From positions 2,331,745 to 2,395,744 of the forward strand of contig CM082591.2 of assembly GCA_040954595.2 (NCBI GenBank): a stretch of 64,000 nucleotides of DNA. The letters run 5' to 3'. This DNA comes from Balanoglossus misakiensis. Lineage: Eukaryota; Animalia; Hemichordata. The translations under genes were made by a program, and so were the position numbers. The notes below the pieces were generated by a model, which worked only from the letters and a program-made list of their open reading frames with translations, was not told the DNA's origin and did not search any database. Of this stretch, positions 33,531 through 46,420 are shown in pieces. How positions within the stretch are numbered: the stretch's first letter is position 1; each line of letters starts with the position of its first letter.

Positions 33531-36500
33531 TTAAATGTCACCAATGCCGAAGAAAGGGTCCACTATTCTATTTTCGCATCGTTTTAAATCTCGCTTCTTG
33601 CCGGGGGCTTTGAATGAATACTGGCTCCCTGACGAGGCGTCGTTTTCATCTTTGCCAAAGAAACCCTCACTTCCGGCTTTCATACACCACACGTAGATGC
33701 TGTCACTCTCACCAACGCATCTGCAGAAAAAAGACAACGATTTTCACATCATGAGGAGTCAATCATGGAACGCACGTGGATGTACAGCGCCGCCGGCGGC
33801 AGAAATGGGATGACCATTCGCACACGTTTTTTGCTTTCGGCAAACTTGGCCAATATGTGACATCACTTTCTTATAATTCCAGAGTAGTTCTATATGTTCA
33901 CCTCTAATGCAAATTTGCATTGTCTTACTTGAATATAAAAATTCAATTACCTGCAATAGTCGTCTCTATTGTCACCGTCCTCGTCCTTCATGTACCAGGT
34001 GCCTTCAAAGCCAACATCCAAATCAGGCGTGGACTGGTAATTGTGTTCGCTCTCGCCCGCTGTACCAGCAAGTGCGCAGGATAGTTGGAAACCGGAATCC
34101 CCAGCGGCTACGATTCTGTTAGAGTACAAAAATAAAGTTATCGAACAGTTAATTGATTGATTGATTGATTGAGAGAGAGAGAGAGAGGCACACATGACAT
34201 CTTACCTGCAATAGTCGTTGGCGGCGCCCTGTCCTTGTACGTCAACCCACCCACGGAAGTACCCCTCCAAGCCGGGGTTAGTTATGTCGTAGCGACGTGC
34301 CTTGACAGCGCCCATGCCTTGAAAAAATATATACAAAACGCTCATTTACCAGAATAATGTGGTACAAACTTTGAATTTTAAAAACGAGATATGTAGATGT
34401 CCAGGTGGTACAAGCGTTGTACATCAGGACAGTGTGGACAACATGGCCGGGCCGGACTCCGTAGTGAAGAAGGCAAAAATTAGCGGCTTACTCAAGCAAG
34501 GTTGGCATATTGGCGGTTTTTCAGGCATCTGCGTTGTCATTTCGAATTCACTCATTGCAGGAGACGCACTTGCGTCCTCTTCTTCCTCCATTTTTGTAGT
34601 CATGGCTGCAGTCTGCCTGTCTGTGGGTTGGTTAGATGTGACCATCGCTTGCGTTGTTGCCATTGTTGTCGTCTGTCTTGTCGTCGCTGGTTTCTCTGTC
34701 GTAGGTCCTTGGAGAAAAGAGGGGTAAGTGATCAGTTTTCGCTGTGCTCATTTTTTGCTATGACAACACCCCTACGACAGTTTTTAGAGAACCATTGCAG
34801 TTGCGGACGACACCCACACTTGCCATGCTGTGCCGTGATTGGTCATCTTCGTGAGGATATTGAATCACGTGATACTCACCCGTCACTGTCAGTGTGAACG
34901 TGTTGAACCGCGCTCCCCACACGTGTGACGCTGTACATCTGTAGTCCCCTTTCAGAGTGTCGTTGATCTGACGTAGAACGAGGCCGCCATTTTGGTCGGT
35001 CTCAAAGCCCCTGTCGGCTGGGTAGATCGTTGAACCGTTCAAGGACCACTCCACCATTGCCCTGGAGTCGCCGATGGCGTTACACGGCAGAGTGACGTTT
35101 TCACCGGCCATGGCGGTGAGAAATTCGTCTGGGAGTTCTCTCGTAGACTTCGTACCAGCAGCTGGTGATACAGAAAGCAAGACAGAATGTTCTGGGATGT
35201 TCTCTCCATGAAAAGATAACCGAAAAACAACAATTATTTGGAGTGGAACCACTGTTTCGAGTGGCAACCATATTTGAAAATATGATCATTTGAAATAGTC
35301 GACACTGCCATGCTGATTGCATGCATGTGCTTGTCTTTTTAAGAATCATGCATTCGTATGTTTTTGCCACTTACGTATGACTTCCAACTGACTCATCGAT
35401 TCGGCCATTCCAGCAGGGTTCTTGGCTTGGCAAACATAGGCCCCCTCGTCTTCCTCCGTCACAGACGCAATAAGCATCGTTCCCTCGTCTGTCACTTGAA
35501 ATCGACCAAGGGCATCTTCAGCAGACATTAATTTCTAATGAAATAAAGGATATTTTAAACGCCAAATATTTCAGAACAATCGATTTACATACTTTTTGGC
35601 TTTAATTGAATTTTACTTTACCTCTGTTCCGTTCTTATACCAGAACACCATAGGTCTTGGATGACCCGAAAACTGACACATAAAGAGGGCGTCTTCTCCA
35701 ACTTCAGCGACAAATCGATGAGGTGCTATGGTAAGTATCGTTGGTTTCACTGCCAAAATACAGACAGAAAGTTAATGATCACGTGTTTGTATAATCTGTA
35801 CATTGTGGAATTGGTATTGTATTGTATTGCATTGTATTGTTTTGTATTGTATTGTATTGCAAGATATTTTTTGAAGAACCGATAATTTTTTACCTTGTAC
35901 TTCCAACTGAGCCGTAGCACTGATAGCACCAACAAAATTAACTGCTGTACAAGTGTAGATATCGACATCACTGTTTTGAATATCTCTCAGATATAATGTA
36001 CCATCGTCTGTGATATTTACCCTAGATGTGAATAGCAAAGAAAGTCTATCAGCACAAGCTGCGATAATCTCTTACTCAATATTCGTGTTATGCATGAAAA
36101 TATGCACGTTAAATGTGTATCAATCCAAACTGTATTTCCATCAACTTGCGGAGACATTGACAGAAACAAATATGGTTGTCCAAGTACTCGGCCTTTAGGC
36201 GCATGTTCTTAATGAAATATGAAAGTCAGTGCCCGTAAATACGGTCATTAATCTCCACGCCCTCATCCCGTCAACATAAATTTTGTGCAGAATATGTAGA
36301 GATACATGTAGAGGTCAGAGTTCAAGAAAACGGATGAGACATCTGGACACTGCATGTTTGTTTGAAGACATTTTGTAGGTTATGTATGACTCTACATATC
36401 TGATACTTGTGGTTAAATTGTGGTGGGGTTTGAAGGGAATTTGATGTAGGCGGACGAGAACTGCCCTGACTATCAATCAACACAGACGATCAATCCACGC

Positions 36501-39500
36501 GCAACGAGATACAGAAAACCTGCTACCAATTAAAAAGCACGATAGTTTTCACCGAAAGGCAGTAGTCGTAATAGTATGTAACGTCCAACAGATGTTCAGA
36601 TGTATTAATTAACGTCAATTTACAAACTATTATGCGCGTTACTCCAAAGTTCTTACCCAGCATCCAGGGTCGAACTCAGCCCTATATCACTTTGTTGATG
36701 GTAACCTGTAAGTCACCCCTTATCTCTTATTTGTGTGTATTACAATGTGTTGATCGAGTTACCTGTTAACTGGCAAAACACCACTTGATTTTGCCCATGT
36801 GATAGTCGGCATTGGTAGTCCGTCTACTCTGCAATGAAACGCCACTTCTCCTCCCGCGGCTGCTGTGGCATCTTCAGGAGTCTCGAGAAATTGAGGCATT
36901 TCTGGACATAAACACAAGAAAAAAAATCCCCGAAGGTCACATTCCTGATGTCTTCCTATGAACCAAACGGAGTTCAGTTTTACTTTGAAGTTAACATTTG
37001 TAGATAACACAGTACGTACGTACACATACATTCATACACCACTTACCGTATACATGTAAAATAAAAGTGACATTAGCAAATCCTGCTCGATTCCCCGCAA
37101 TACAATAATATGCCCCAGTGTCACCGAGTTGTGCATTCATGATAGATAGCATACCATCTTCGACAGACGTCCTACATACAAGAGAAGACAAATGCACAGT
37201 GATTTTTAGAAAAGGTCTCATCTTTAGCAAGGCCTGTGAATGATCGAGAATACTTGGTTATGAAGGGGGTTCTAAGTAACATCCATACGGTGAATAAGAC
37301 ACGAGTATATAGGTTCTGTAGTTGTTCTCTGAGCAGAGTATTTTTTCTTGGCAGGTAAATAAACGGACGTGAGTAAACCACTTGTTGGACGAGAGAACAC
37401 AAGAATATCTCTTCCAAAATTGGACATCCTTCTCCTAGGAGAGAACCCGTCCAGACGTGAGTAAATCTCAAATCTTTTTTGTGTCACCTTTGACTATCAA
37501 GTACTCTAGTAATGCCATCTCCAACATCTCTAGACCAGATTATTTCAGGTTCTGGGTGTCCATTTACTTCGCAGTGTAGAGTTACACTTGAGCCTACAGT
37601 TGTAACAGTATCTTCAGGTATTCTAGCAGCTGTTGGTGGTGCTGAAAAAAAAACGAAACAGACATATAAGGAGTTCAGAAAAGGTTATGACCACCAGTTA
37701 AATAATTGCGATTATGTCCATTCAAATTCTAATGATCATGGCCTTGAAAGAATAATATATGGACTTCCGGCAAAAAGAAAGTAATGTCAGGTGTTTCGAA
37801 AATGGTAAGCCCATCCTGCCCACATGAAAATAATCAGTATATCAATCTCTTAGTCGAAACCTACAAGTGTCCCTGGATAGCATCTTGGGATTCACATACA
37901 TGCAGCAAGTGTCATTTACATACCTTGTACTCCTACAATGGCGGAAACTTCTGTGGAACCTCCATCGCGTTTGGAAACTTTACAAATATATGTACCGGCA
38001 TCATTTGCTCTAGTGTCTTCGATTCGAAGAATACTCCGCAGTTCATTGGTATCAATTTCGCTTCTATGGAAAAACAAAAAATTACTTCAGATATAACGTA
38101 CCATCGTCTGTGATATTTACCCTAAGAAGATGGCAGACATTTGATGTGATATTACCTGTCTTCGGGAATTGGTCCCTCAATCTTCCGCCATGAATATTTT
38201 AGTCCCTCTTCGTATGCAGCTGCACATCTTAATTTAATGGTTTCTCCAATCCGTAGAATGGTTGACTCTGGTTCCTCTTCAATTCTTGGTGGCGTGGCCA
38301 TTCTGGTTGGTAACACTGCAAATCAGATGATATAGGCCGATATATTTTCTATATTTCATGACTTCTCTGTGTCTGAGAGTTCTGTCTTTGCAGTTTGGTA
38401 CTTTTTTGGGCCACACAATTCAGCAGAACCTACCTGGCTCGTAGTAAAAGCAGCCATTTTTATTCTTTTTCTTCTTTTTCTTATCTTTCTTCTCTTTATT
38501 CTTACTTCCTTCGTCGCGGCTTGGAAAGTCATCACATGACAGCTCGCTTGGCCAATCCATTCCTAGAACATTCAGCAGTGCGTCTTCACACCCTTCTTTA
38601 GCCTGTGATTACAAAATTATATCGTTTGCATGGGACTTCAAAGTGGTACACCAAAGATCACATTCATTAAATCACGAAGGTATGCATTATATGTCATAAA
38701 CCTGGTTAATTTCATAATAAACGAGACATTTCAGGATCAAAAGTACCCACTGTTCATAAAACATGATAGAGCTTGCGCACGTGTCTGTTAGATTCCACAG
38801 CCCTGCAAAGTGATGGCAGGGACGCATCAGAGCTTTCAAAGTAGGTATGTTTTGGGCTTACAGCTGGTTCTGCTGTACACATTAAAAGTATGAGGATGTC
38901 GCTCAACAAGAATGAAGAGCATTGAAACCAAAATCGGAGACGGACAGTGACAGAACGACACCAGCTGTGAACGCACGTTGAGGGGAACAGGTGATGGACA
39001 CCGTAGTGCCATCTGATGAAAATCAGATAGCGGTATGCTCTGCGTTTACCTTCACTGTATTTTTACGTTCTCGCTCTGCTGTTACCCCCACTCTATCGAG
39101 ATGGTACCCCGCAAACCCCGTAACTCTTGTAGATAAGCAAAGTAGCGCTGGTCCATGACTTCGAGATTGAGTCTTCCCATTTGGACCGTTTCCCAATGAC
39201 TTCGACGTCGTTATCTCCGCTAGGTCTCATACTCCCCAGCGCGCTCTCAACCCTGAACGTGACAACGTGGCTGTTGGTCAGCGTGAACGTGATGAGACGG
39301 CATACTAGGCTATTACCCCGGCCAACAGCGGAACATGTGTCTTGCATTAGCCGTAGCTTCACGCCTTGTCGACCTTGTTAACTGTACCATACTAACTAGT
39401 CACCCAGTCGCCGTATTCCCTTTCAAGTGAGAACATATTAGTCGTCGCTCTTAAAAACTGTAAACTGTAACTTTCTGTGTTTCAACTGTATGGGCAGGTG

Positions 39501-42120
39501 AACATAACCACATAAACACCATGTAGGAATCATTTAGTCTTTAAGATATCGCTGTAGAGTACCAAGCATTACGAGATCCCATAAACGCCACATCTGGTTA
39601 CATGAGAAGGGATCATTACCACAGATCAAACCCAATCCTGTCAACACTTCCAGCACGTTCCAGTTCGCTTCTTGGCGCGCTGGAAGTTTGATTTAAGATG
39701 TTATACCCTACTATGTTTGTTTGTGTTGATAGTCTAAGTATTTAATAGGCTGTGACTCTCGGACGAGTTGTGTTCGTCTGGGGTTCTGAATGTTCCTATT
39801 CATTGTGTGTGTGTCCAGATGCCATTGTACGGCATCTGATACTGAAAATGTCTGTAACGGGTATTTGAGAAAACGACAGGAAAATCACAAAAATAAAGAT
39901 GTTATAATCTCGTTTAAATTCTTATCTTACAGTTGTTTCTATCAGGAGGTATGCCTCGCATCATCAGGCAAGGAATGCCAAAGTTGAGGAGAACGGCACT
40001 CGACACTTCTCTGACCTGTCCATAAAATGGCTTCGACGCTGATGGATCCTACTTCGGCATTCGGCGGGTGAAAAAGAAAGGTACCGTAGTCTCGTACTTG
40101 TAGTTAAGTTGTTATTGTGTGTTTGGCATGTGCGTGCTATCTGGCGAACCCCCCATGTCCTGATTATGTCCACCGGCTATTTCTGAGTCGAGTGTGATTA
40201 TCGACCAGTAGTGACGAGCCAATCTCGACTCATAAAACTGCACACATGTATTGGGAAACATTCATCGCTTCACTTCGTAAGCTTCGTTATCTTGAGCAAG
40301 GCGCTTTGCCAAGGCGATCTAAGATTGCAACTACGTGCTTTTGTCGGACAAGAAGCAAGGACCACCAAAGACTGGTTATCGGGCGTCCAACACATATTTT
40401 TGATCAACTGTTTGCCCCAGAGCGTCGTCGTTGAGGGCATAGGTGTAGTAACGGTATTACCGCCACGCCGAGAGCGATAACTTTAGTGCGAGAAGTCTAC
40501 GGGATAGGCCGATCCCAAATGACGCGCTCCGTCTTCCGAATGAAGTACTGTAGCTGTGCTAATTGTTTTCAGATACTGGGAAATTAAGATTCAATTAACA
40601 AAACAGCATGTTTTGTTTGGTTTTGGATACTAAACAAATTAGACATCTTTGTTCGCTACGCCACATGGTGCTATCAATGGGCCGGGAACTTTACATTGTT
40701 TATCATCGATTGGTCAGTTGGGACGGGCTATTAAGTTTGGCGATCGCCGGGTGAACATGCAACATGTGATAGCCTATCTTGTTCACTTGTCGCTACACGA
40801 GATATTGCGGGACACAACCTTGATGCCGTCAGTTCGATTCGCCTCTGACATGACATCCCCTTACATCGCGTCCTGTCCACAAATGGTGCGTCACGCGTCG
40901 GACAATCGCGCTGCTCTGGTGTCAGTCAAGGATCGCTCGCCCTTTCAAGCTTCATTCTTTACCCCCTTTCAATAGTACAATCGTTACTTAACGAGCAACG
41001 AGGCAACCACTTTGTTCTGCGCGTTTGCACACTGACTCTTCGGCGACTTACTCACCCGTGGTAAAACTGACTTGATCTAGGAGACGTTGCAAGACACGCA
41101 TGTCTAACTTTGTTTTTCAAGTTCTCGGTGCGCCATTTTGCTTACACATATTTCAACCACAGTTCAAATTTGCACAGGTATATGCAATTAATTCCAAACT
41201 AGGGAACATAACACGAAAAAGGTAAACATAGTGATGTAATGTCGTTTATGACATTTTACAATATGTCAAACATTGTCATCTAATGGGCAGAGACTTGTAG
41301 ATATTTTTTCAGCCTTTGTAACCCAATCAACCTCATAGATAGGTTTACATCAGAACTCGGTTTTACGTGTAAAATATTTTATTACTTCATGCACCGTGGT
41401 TTGCTTTTGGCCTTAGGTTTCACACGAGGTCGGACCTTGCCAAGCTAGCTCTCTGATTGGGAATTATAAAACATTTGGAAATACTTAGGTCGGCATGTCA
41501 AATAGAAACGTGGGAGCCGGAATGTCGACTGTAAACACGTTTCCGAATCGCAGAATGAAAAAAGTCGATGAGAATACACTGAAAGATATGCGGGGAATAA
41601 AGGATGGATTTGCAAGTGGGGAAACCTAATGCCGAACTACTGTTTGGCGTTTTCGTCTTCTGAACAAGAGTTGCATACTCCGTATTGACTTGCAGCTGTA
41701 AAGTGCGCTTTCACAAAAGTGGAAAGATTTACGTAAGAAAGGAAAGGGGTTTACCTTCACACATAATTCACGACACGGTGGCAGTATTTTCATTTTCTTC
41801 TTGCGAGGACACTCCGGCAGATAAGTGGAGCAGAGAAAATGCCCTATGTACGGCGAGCAGCCGACTTTGAAAAGTGGCATGTACTCGGCCAGTTTGGCTT
41901 CGATGTCGTCCATTCTCGTGTGTCCCAGCAAATTTGGCAGTCTGGTGTTGTTGTACGGCAAGTTGCCGGTCGTGCAGAGCGAGGTGGTGATCTGCTCGCA
42001 TTTTCCGCCCTTCTTTCGTTTCCTGTCTTTGTCCTTATCCTTCTTGCCGTTTCTCCGACCGGCTTCGATGGATGCTACCAGCAGAGCCAGGCACAGAACA
42101 AGCACGAGGGAAGTTTTCAT
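33531..42120 (-). CDS. Uncharacterised secreted protein: Frizzled cysteine-rich domain, 5 Ig-like domains, Thr-rich linker and C-terminal Cys/Asp-rich repeat domain (about 877 aa)
   Basis: Exons (minus): 42120-41755, 38602-38434, 38315-38156, 38063-37924, 37641-37488, 37171-37047, 36901-36763, 36021-35894, 35749-35622, 35534-35375, 35161-34880, 34707-34492, 34317-34206, 34115-33951, 33720-33531 (sum 2634 nt, all GT-AG, phases consistent). Signal peptide MKTSLVLVLCLALLVASIEA. CRD with all 10 Cys (CEQITTSLC...PYNNTRLPNLLGH...GCSPYIGHFLCSTYLPEC...PPCRELCVKAKEGC...WPSELSCDDFP...GC). Five Ig domains with C...W...DxGxYxC-type signatures. No transmembrane segment seen. Confidence 0.85.
35811..35860. 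repeat. (TATTG)n pentanucleotide microsatellite
   Basis: Visible directly in an intron of the Fz-Ig gene. Confidence 0.85.
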
Positions 42121-45100
42121 TTTTGGACCGTAATCCCCGACGCCTCTCAGCAGCTGTACTGTCGTCCTGCACCACGTCCAACCGTGCGTAGTCGGACTTT
42201 TCGACCTGTACACTAACCGGAGGGGTGTGCACCCCTCATTTCCCAGAGGGGCGAATTTTCGCACACTATCAAACCACCAGTAACATACAATTACAACCCT
42301 TAAAATTAAATCACCCCTTTTTGAAATGAATTTTAAAAACGAGCAATCCGAATTATTCCGCCAGACCTGTTCAAATCCGGCCAATAATTGAATCTCCCCA
42401 TGGTGCTATTGGTATCGGCACCGATCAGGGTGTTGACCTGCGACCCGTCAAGTCATATCTTATTTGCTGTTGGCTTGTTAGATTTTATGAGGTGATAGAG
42501 AAGAAGTCATAATCTTTGTTTGGAATTACATAAACATTTGCCGCATTCCCAACAACTTATGATCACTTGACACCATTAAATCACCACATCCAATTAGACC
42601 ACTTGCCAACACCAATCCAGACCTTCATGCGATGCGTGGTTTCCGGTGCGCATTTATGCGAAAATTAATGTAATTTCATTAATACCGCATCGTGAGGTTG
42701 TGGCTTGGATAAAACTAGAGAAACGCAGATACGTCCACAAACATGGAGGCATGTTGGGTAGCAACTCCATGGTTTAATAGACACAGTAGTTGTTGTTCAT
42801 TCTCATCTACCATAACCTCACGTGTTTATTGTCCACCCCACGTCAACTTCTTTTGACCACGAACACTCAGACTTTTCCCAATTATTTGCACGACCCTTCC
42901 ATAAAAGATACATATGAATTAAAAGTAACCAAACCATGTTTGCATTGCTTTGTTTGCCCTACCGTTCAAATGGTCACAGGATGGAAACACAGCGTGCGAT
43001 GACCAACCGGTCAAGGTAACCAAATATTGATCGAAGTTTTTTGCATAATTTTAATGGGAACAATGCGGATTTCTATGAAGTCAGAATATCCAGTGGCGAA
43101 TGGGGTCAACTCAACACAGATGAGGCCAAAAATCCTTGTCCAAGTTTAGAATCTGTTTCAGCTTGTTACTGTAGTCGTGTTTGTACACGTGGTTTGCACG
43201 ATTGAGGAAAAATCACATGGCTGTCACATCTTCAATGCAACCGACAGGATTCACGTACGTAGAAAATCGTACACTTGTCTATCTTTTCGCCATTTCTATA
43301 AGTCGGCCACACAAATTTAAACATTTTCTTCTGTATTTCTTTCGTTTTTATATCATATATGATAACACACCCTCTAGTGGCATATTTGCGAAATGTTCTG
43401 TTATGATTTCCATAGTACGAGTTATGACTATTCTCCTGAGTCCAGGAAAATGAAAATAAGAATCTGTTTTCTGGGAATTTTTGGTGTAATTGGTTGATGG
43501 GCAGAAATCAAGAATTGTGTTTTAGTGATTGTCTTTATATCCTGTCCCAAGGTATTAATATGGTTGAATCGTCTTCTTTCTGGATTACAACCCAATATGT
43601 GAATGTCAGAGAGTACCTTAATTGCTTGAAATACAATAAAACGCCTTCATGTCATTGCCATGTTGTGCTTCCAACGCCGTCGAGGATGATTAAACCGCCT
43701 CCGCTAGATTATAGGCCCCTAATCTGACCAATTCTGGTTCTGTGTAAATCCACATTTTTATGCTAGAGCACGGTCCTCCTGTGTTGAGGAACCTTGGGTA
43801 GAGGGAGTATTCTCTTTAGCTTTGAGTCCACTAAAGCTCTTTACGTCAATGTCACCTCACATTCCTCTTCTGTCATGCTTGGGTCCGATTAATTTTTTTC
43901 ATTATTTCCAGCTTTGGAGTGACGTAAGTTCCTGCTATGTTAGGGTAGAGAATTATCTGGGTCAGGTTTAACGCAAATTCTCAGTGGTGACATTTTGAAT
44001 GCTCTTCTGCAGTTTGCTAATGGCGCCCGCACACGACATAAATTTTAATTCTGATCAGCCATTCTTCTACAGTGAGTTGTCGACCTTTTACCCAGAATGC
44101 AATTATCATAACGTGATTTGACCCCCTAATTAATGCAACCAGATTGACAGTACTCTCTCACCTTTGTGACGTGCGCCTGATGTATTGCACATACAGTCCA
44201 GTCCTGAGGTAGGCTTGCCAATAATCGATAATCAGAATTTATTGCTAGTAATATTATGGTAGATTACAAACAATGTACATATAGAAGAACGACAAACAAT
44301 TCCTGCTATGCTCACTGTAAAAGTACATATCTGTCAAACACTGAAGAGATATAAGCAACCACAGAAAAATGACACAAAGAAATCACTCGTCATGTTTGAC
44401 ATTTTATCCATTGTCATCTATTCAGGCAGAACAAACGGACCAAACCAAACTATTCACGTGTTAATACTAGACCAAAGTTGGCCAATCGCTGACTCTACAT
44501 CAAAATCGTTCGAAATCTTCCATCAGTTACGATGGATCGGTATCTATAAAACAGTTAATTCATGTTTGACCAGTATATCACAGGGCTAAAAGATTGAATC
44601 AAGCAGTATGCATATAAACGTGATTTTTTGTTTGTTTGTTTGTGGTAACATTTTGCATAGCTTGCCCCTTGCCTTGATGCGCATGTCTGTCGTCAAGTTG
44701 TGTTGTCGTCTTAAATTTAATAAAATTTCTGTTTAGATTTTTTTCTCAATTGTATGATACAATATTTTCTGTACAAGTACGATTCTATACAATGCAATAT
44801 TACACTAACGTGAAGAAAAATGTACATTACTGTTACATTGGTGGCTCATTCTCGAACCAAATCAAAATCTTCACCAAAACACATTTGAAATACAATATCC
44901 CCCCCCCCAAATGCTCCTCAGAGTTTAAATAACACCATGAAACAATCAACGAACAAACAAAGCAACAAACGAACAACCAAACAAGCAAAGAACTGAATTG
45001 CTGTTATGTGCAGCGTCTCATAGCTGCAAGAACAACTCATCACTTAAATTTAAAGGTATAAGGTCACCCAAACTTAGCCACAGTTACCATAAAAAGTGGC

Positions 45101-46216
45101 TATCTAGCCAATCACGAATTTTCACTTGAGTTGCCACGCCAAAAACAAATGGGCACCACCGCATAGTCATTATAAGACACATACGCCCTTTTGACCATAT
45201 ATGGGCATATGTAAATTAGAGGTGACCGTATTCCTCGAATATTAACGGCATCACGAACATATGTACAGTGTTTCAAAGGCCAGAAGGTTGAATTCCATTT
45301 AACGTAAAGTATGTACACTGGCCACAAAAAAACCAATTACAATCATTGTTTCTCAGTTTCCGTTCGTCGAGATTCCGAGCACTTATTTGCATTTAGCGCC
45401 GGTAAATTAGATTTATACAACCAGTGAATCTTTTATTTCGATCCAATGGATTGCTACAATACAGCCATGTTAAAACTAATGAATAGATTTGATGATGCTT
45501 AATGAGATAATGGCAACATTACGGCCTGATTGACTAGTTGTCGATAATGTATTAGCGCCAACATCTCTATAATTCCTACATCAATAATGTCTAATTCTAC
45601 ATATCACCTTTGTTCGAAAAATTTCACAAAAATATTATCCTAATAAGGATGTTTCGAAGAATATTCAACACTTTTTGTATTTCAGCTTAGAGATATCAAT
45701 TAGTTTCACTGAAAATATATTTCTTTCCGTGGAATGTTACTAGGAATCTAAAGCCGAAGTTAGTTATAATTTTCTGTGCGTGGACATGAACAGTGCGAAC
45801 TTTTCAGTGGGTCGCTTGCAGTTTAATGAGCTCTTTGTGTAACACGTCATCAATAATTAGACTTGCACTGACCCAAAACATACCATTGTTCTTTCTGACA
45901 GTCGGCATTCAACACGTTTTCATTAAACCTGACATTGAACTGTCAAAATCATGTGAGAAGTCCACAATGGCAAAATAAAAATGCTCGCTATATTTCTTTG
46001 TGTTCCAGAGATTGTGTGTCACTGCGGGCCCGCAGGTGATTCTGTCACTAAACACAATATACTCGCCTAATCATTGTACAACGAGCCTGAACCCAAGTCT
46101 TACTCTTTTTGCCAATAATTTTGTTATAGCTTTCGGTTATACTTATACTCTTTCTAGTTCAAGATTAATAGGTGTCGCTATGCAAAGGTTCAGAGCGGAG
46201 CTACCCCATATATACT

Positions 46217-46420
46217 GTGTTTTGAAATTCAAAATCAAAATGGTCGCCATTCTCTTTGTCAACCTCATGGGGAAGGGATAGTGTGGGTAATTTCATTGAA
46301 AGCAAGACTACGAGCACCCTATTTTCTTACTAGTTTTCAAAATCACACCACACAACCCTGAACACAACAGAAAAAAGATACAATTTAGGAAAACGTGTCC
46401 CCGAGGTGACATCTACCTTA
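46217..46420. mobile_element. Possible terminal relic of a TTAA-flanked (Kolobok-like) non-autonomous DNA transposon
   Basis: Ends in gtccccgaggtgacatctacc followed by ttaa, i.e. TTAA|GG on the minus strand. No partner terminus found in the window. Family call is inference. Confidence 0.3.

Noticed and set aside
33531-42120. Calling the Fz-Ig gene ROR, MuSK, sFRP or hemicentin
   Set aside because: No kringle, TM, kinase or NTR domain was seen, the CRD precedes the Ig domains, and there are only five Ig domains.
42121-42384. In-frame N-terminal extension of the CRD ORF shown in the ORF track
   Set aside because: Relies on a non-ATG start; the ATG at 42120 has good context and directly precedes a signal peptide.
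40640-42960. Several CTTTGTT (TCF/Sox-like) motifs near the Fz-Ig first exon, suggesting Wnt feedback
   Set aside because: A short AT-rich motif; enrichment over background cannot be shown by eye.
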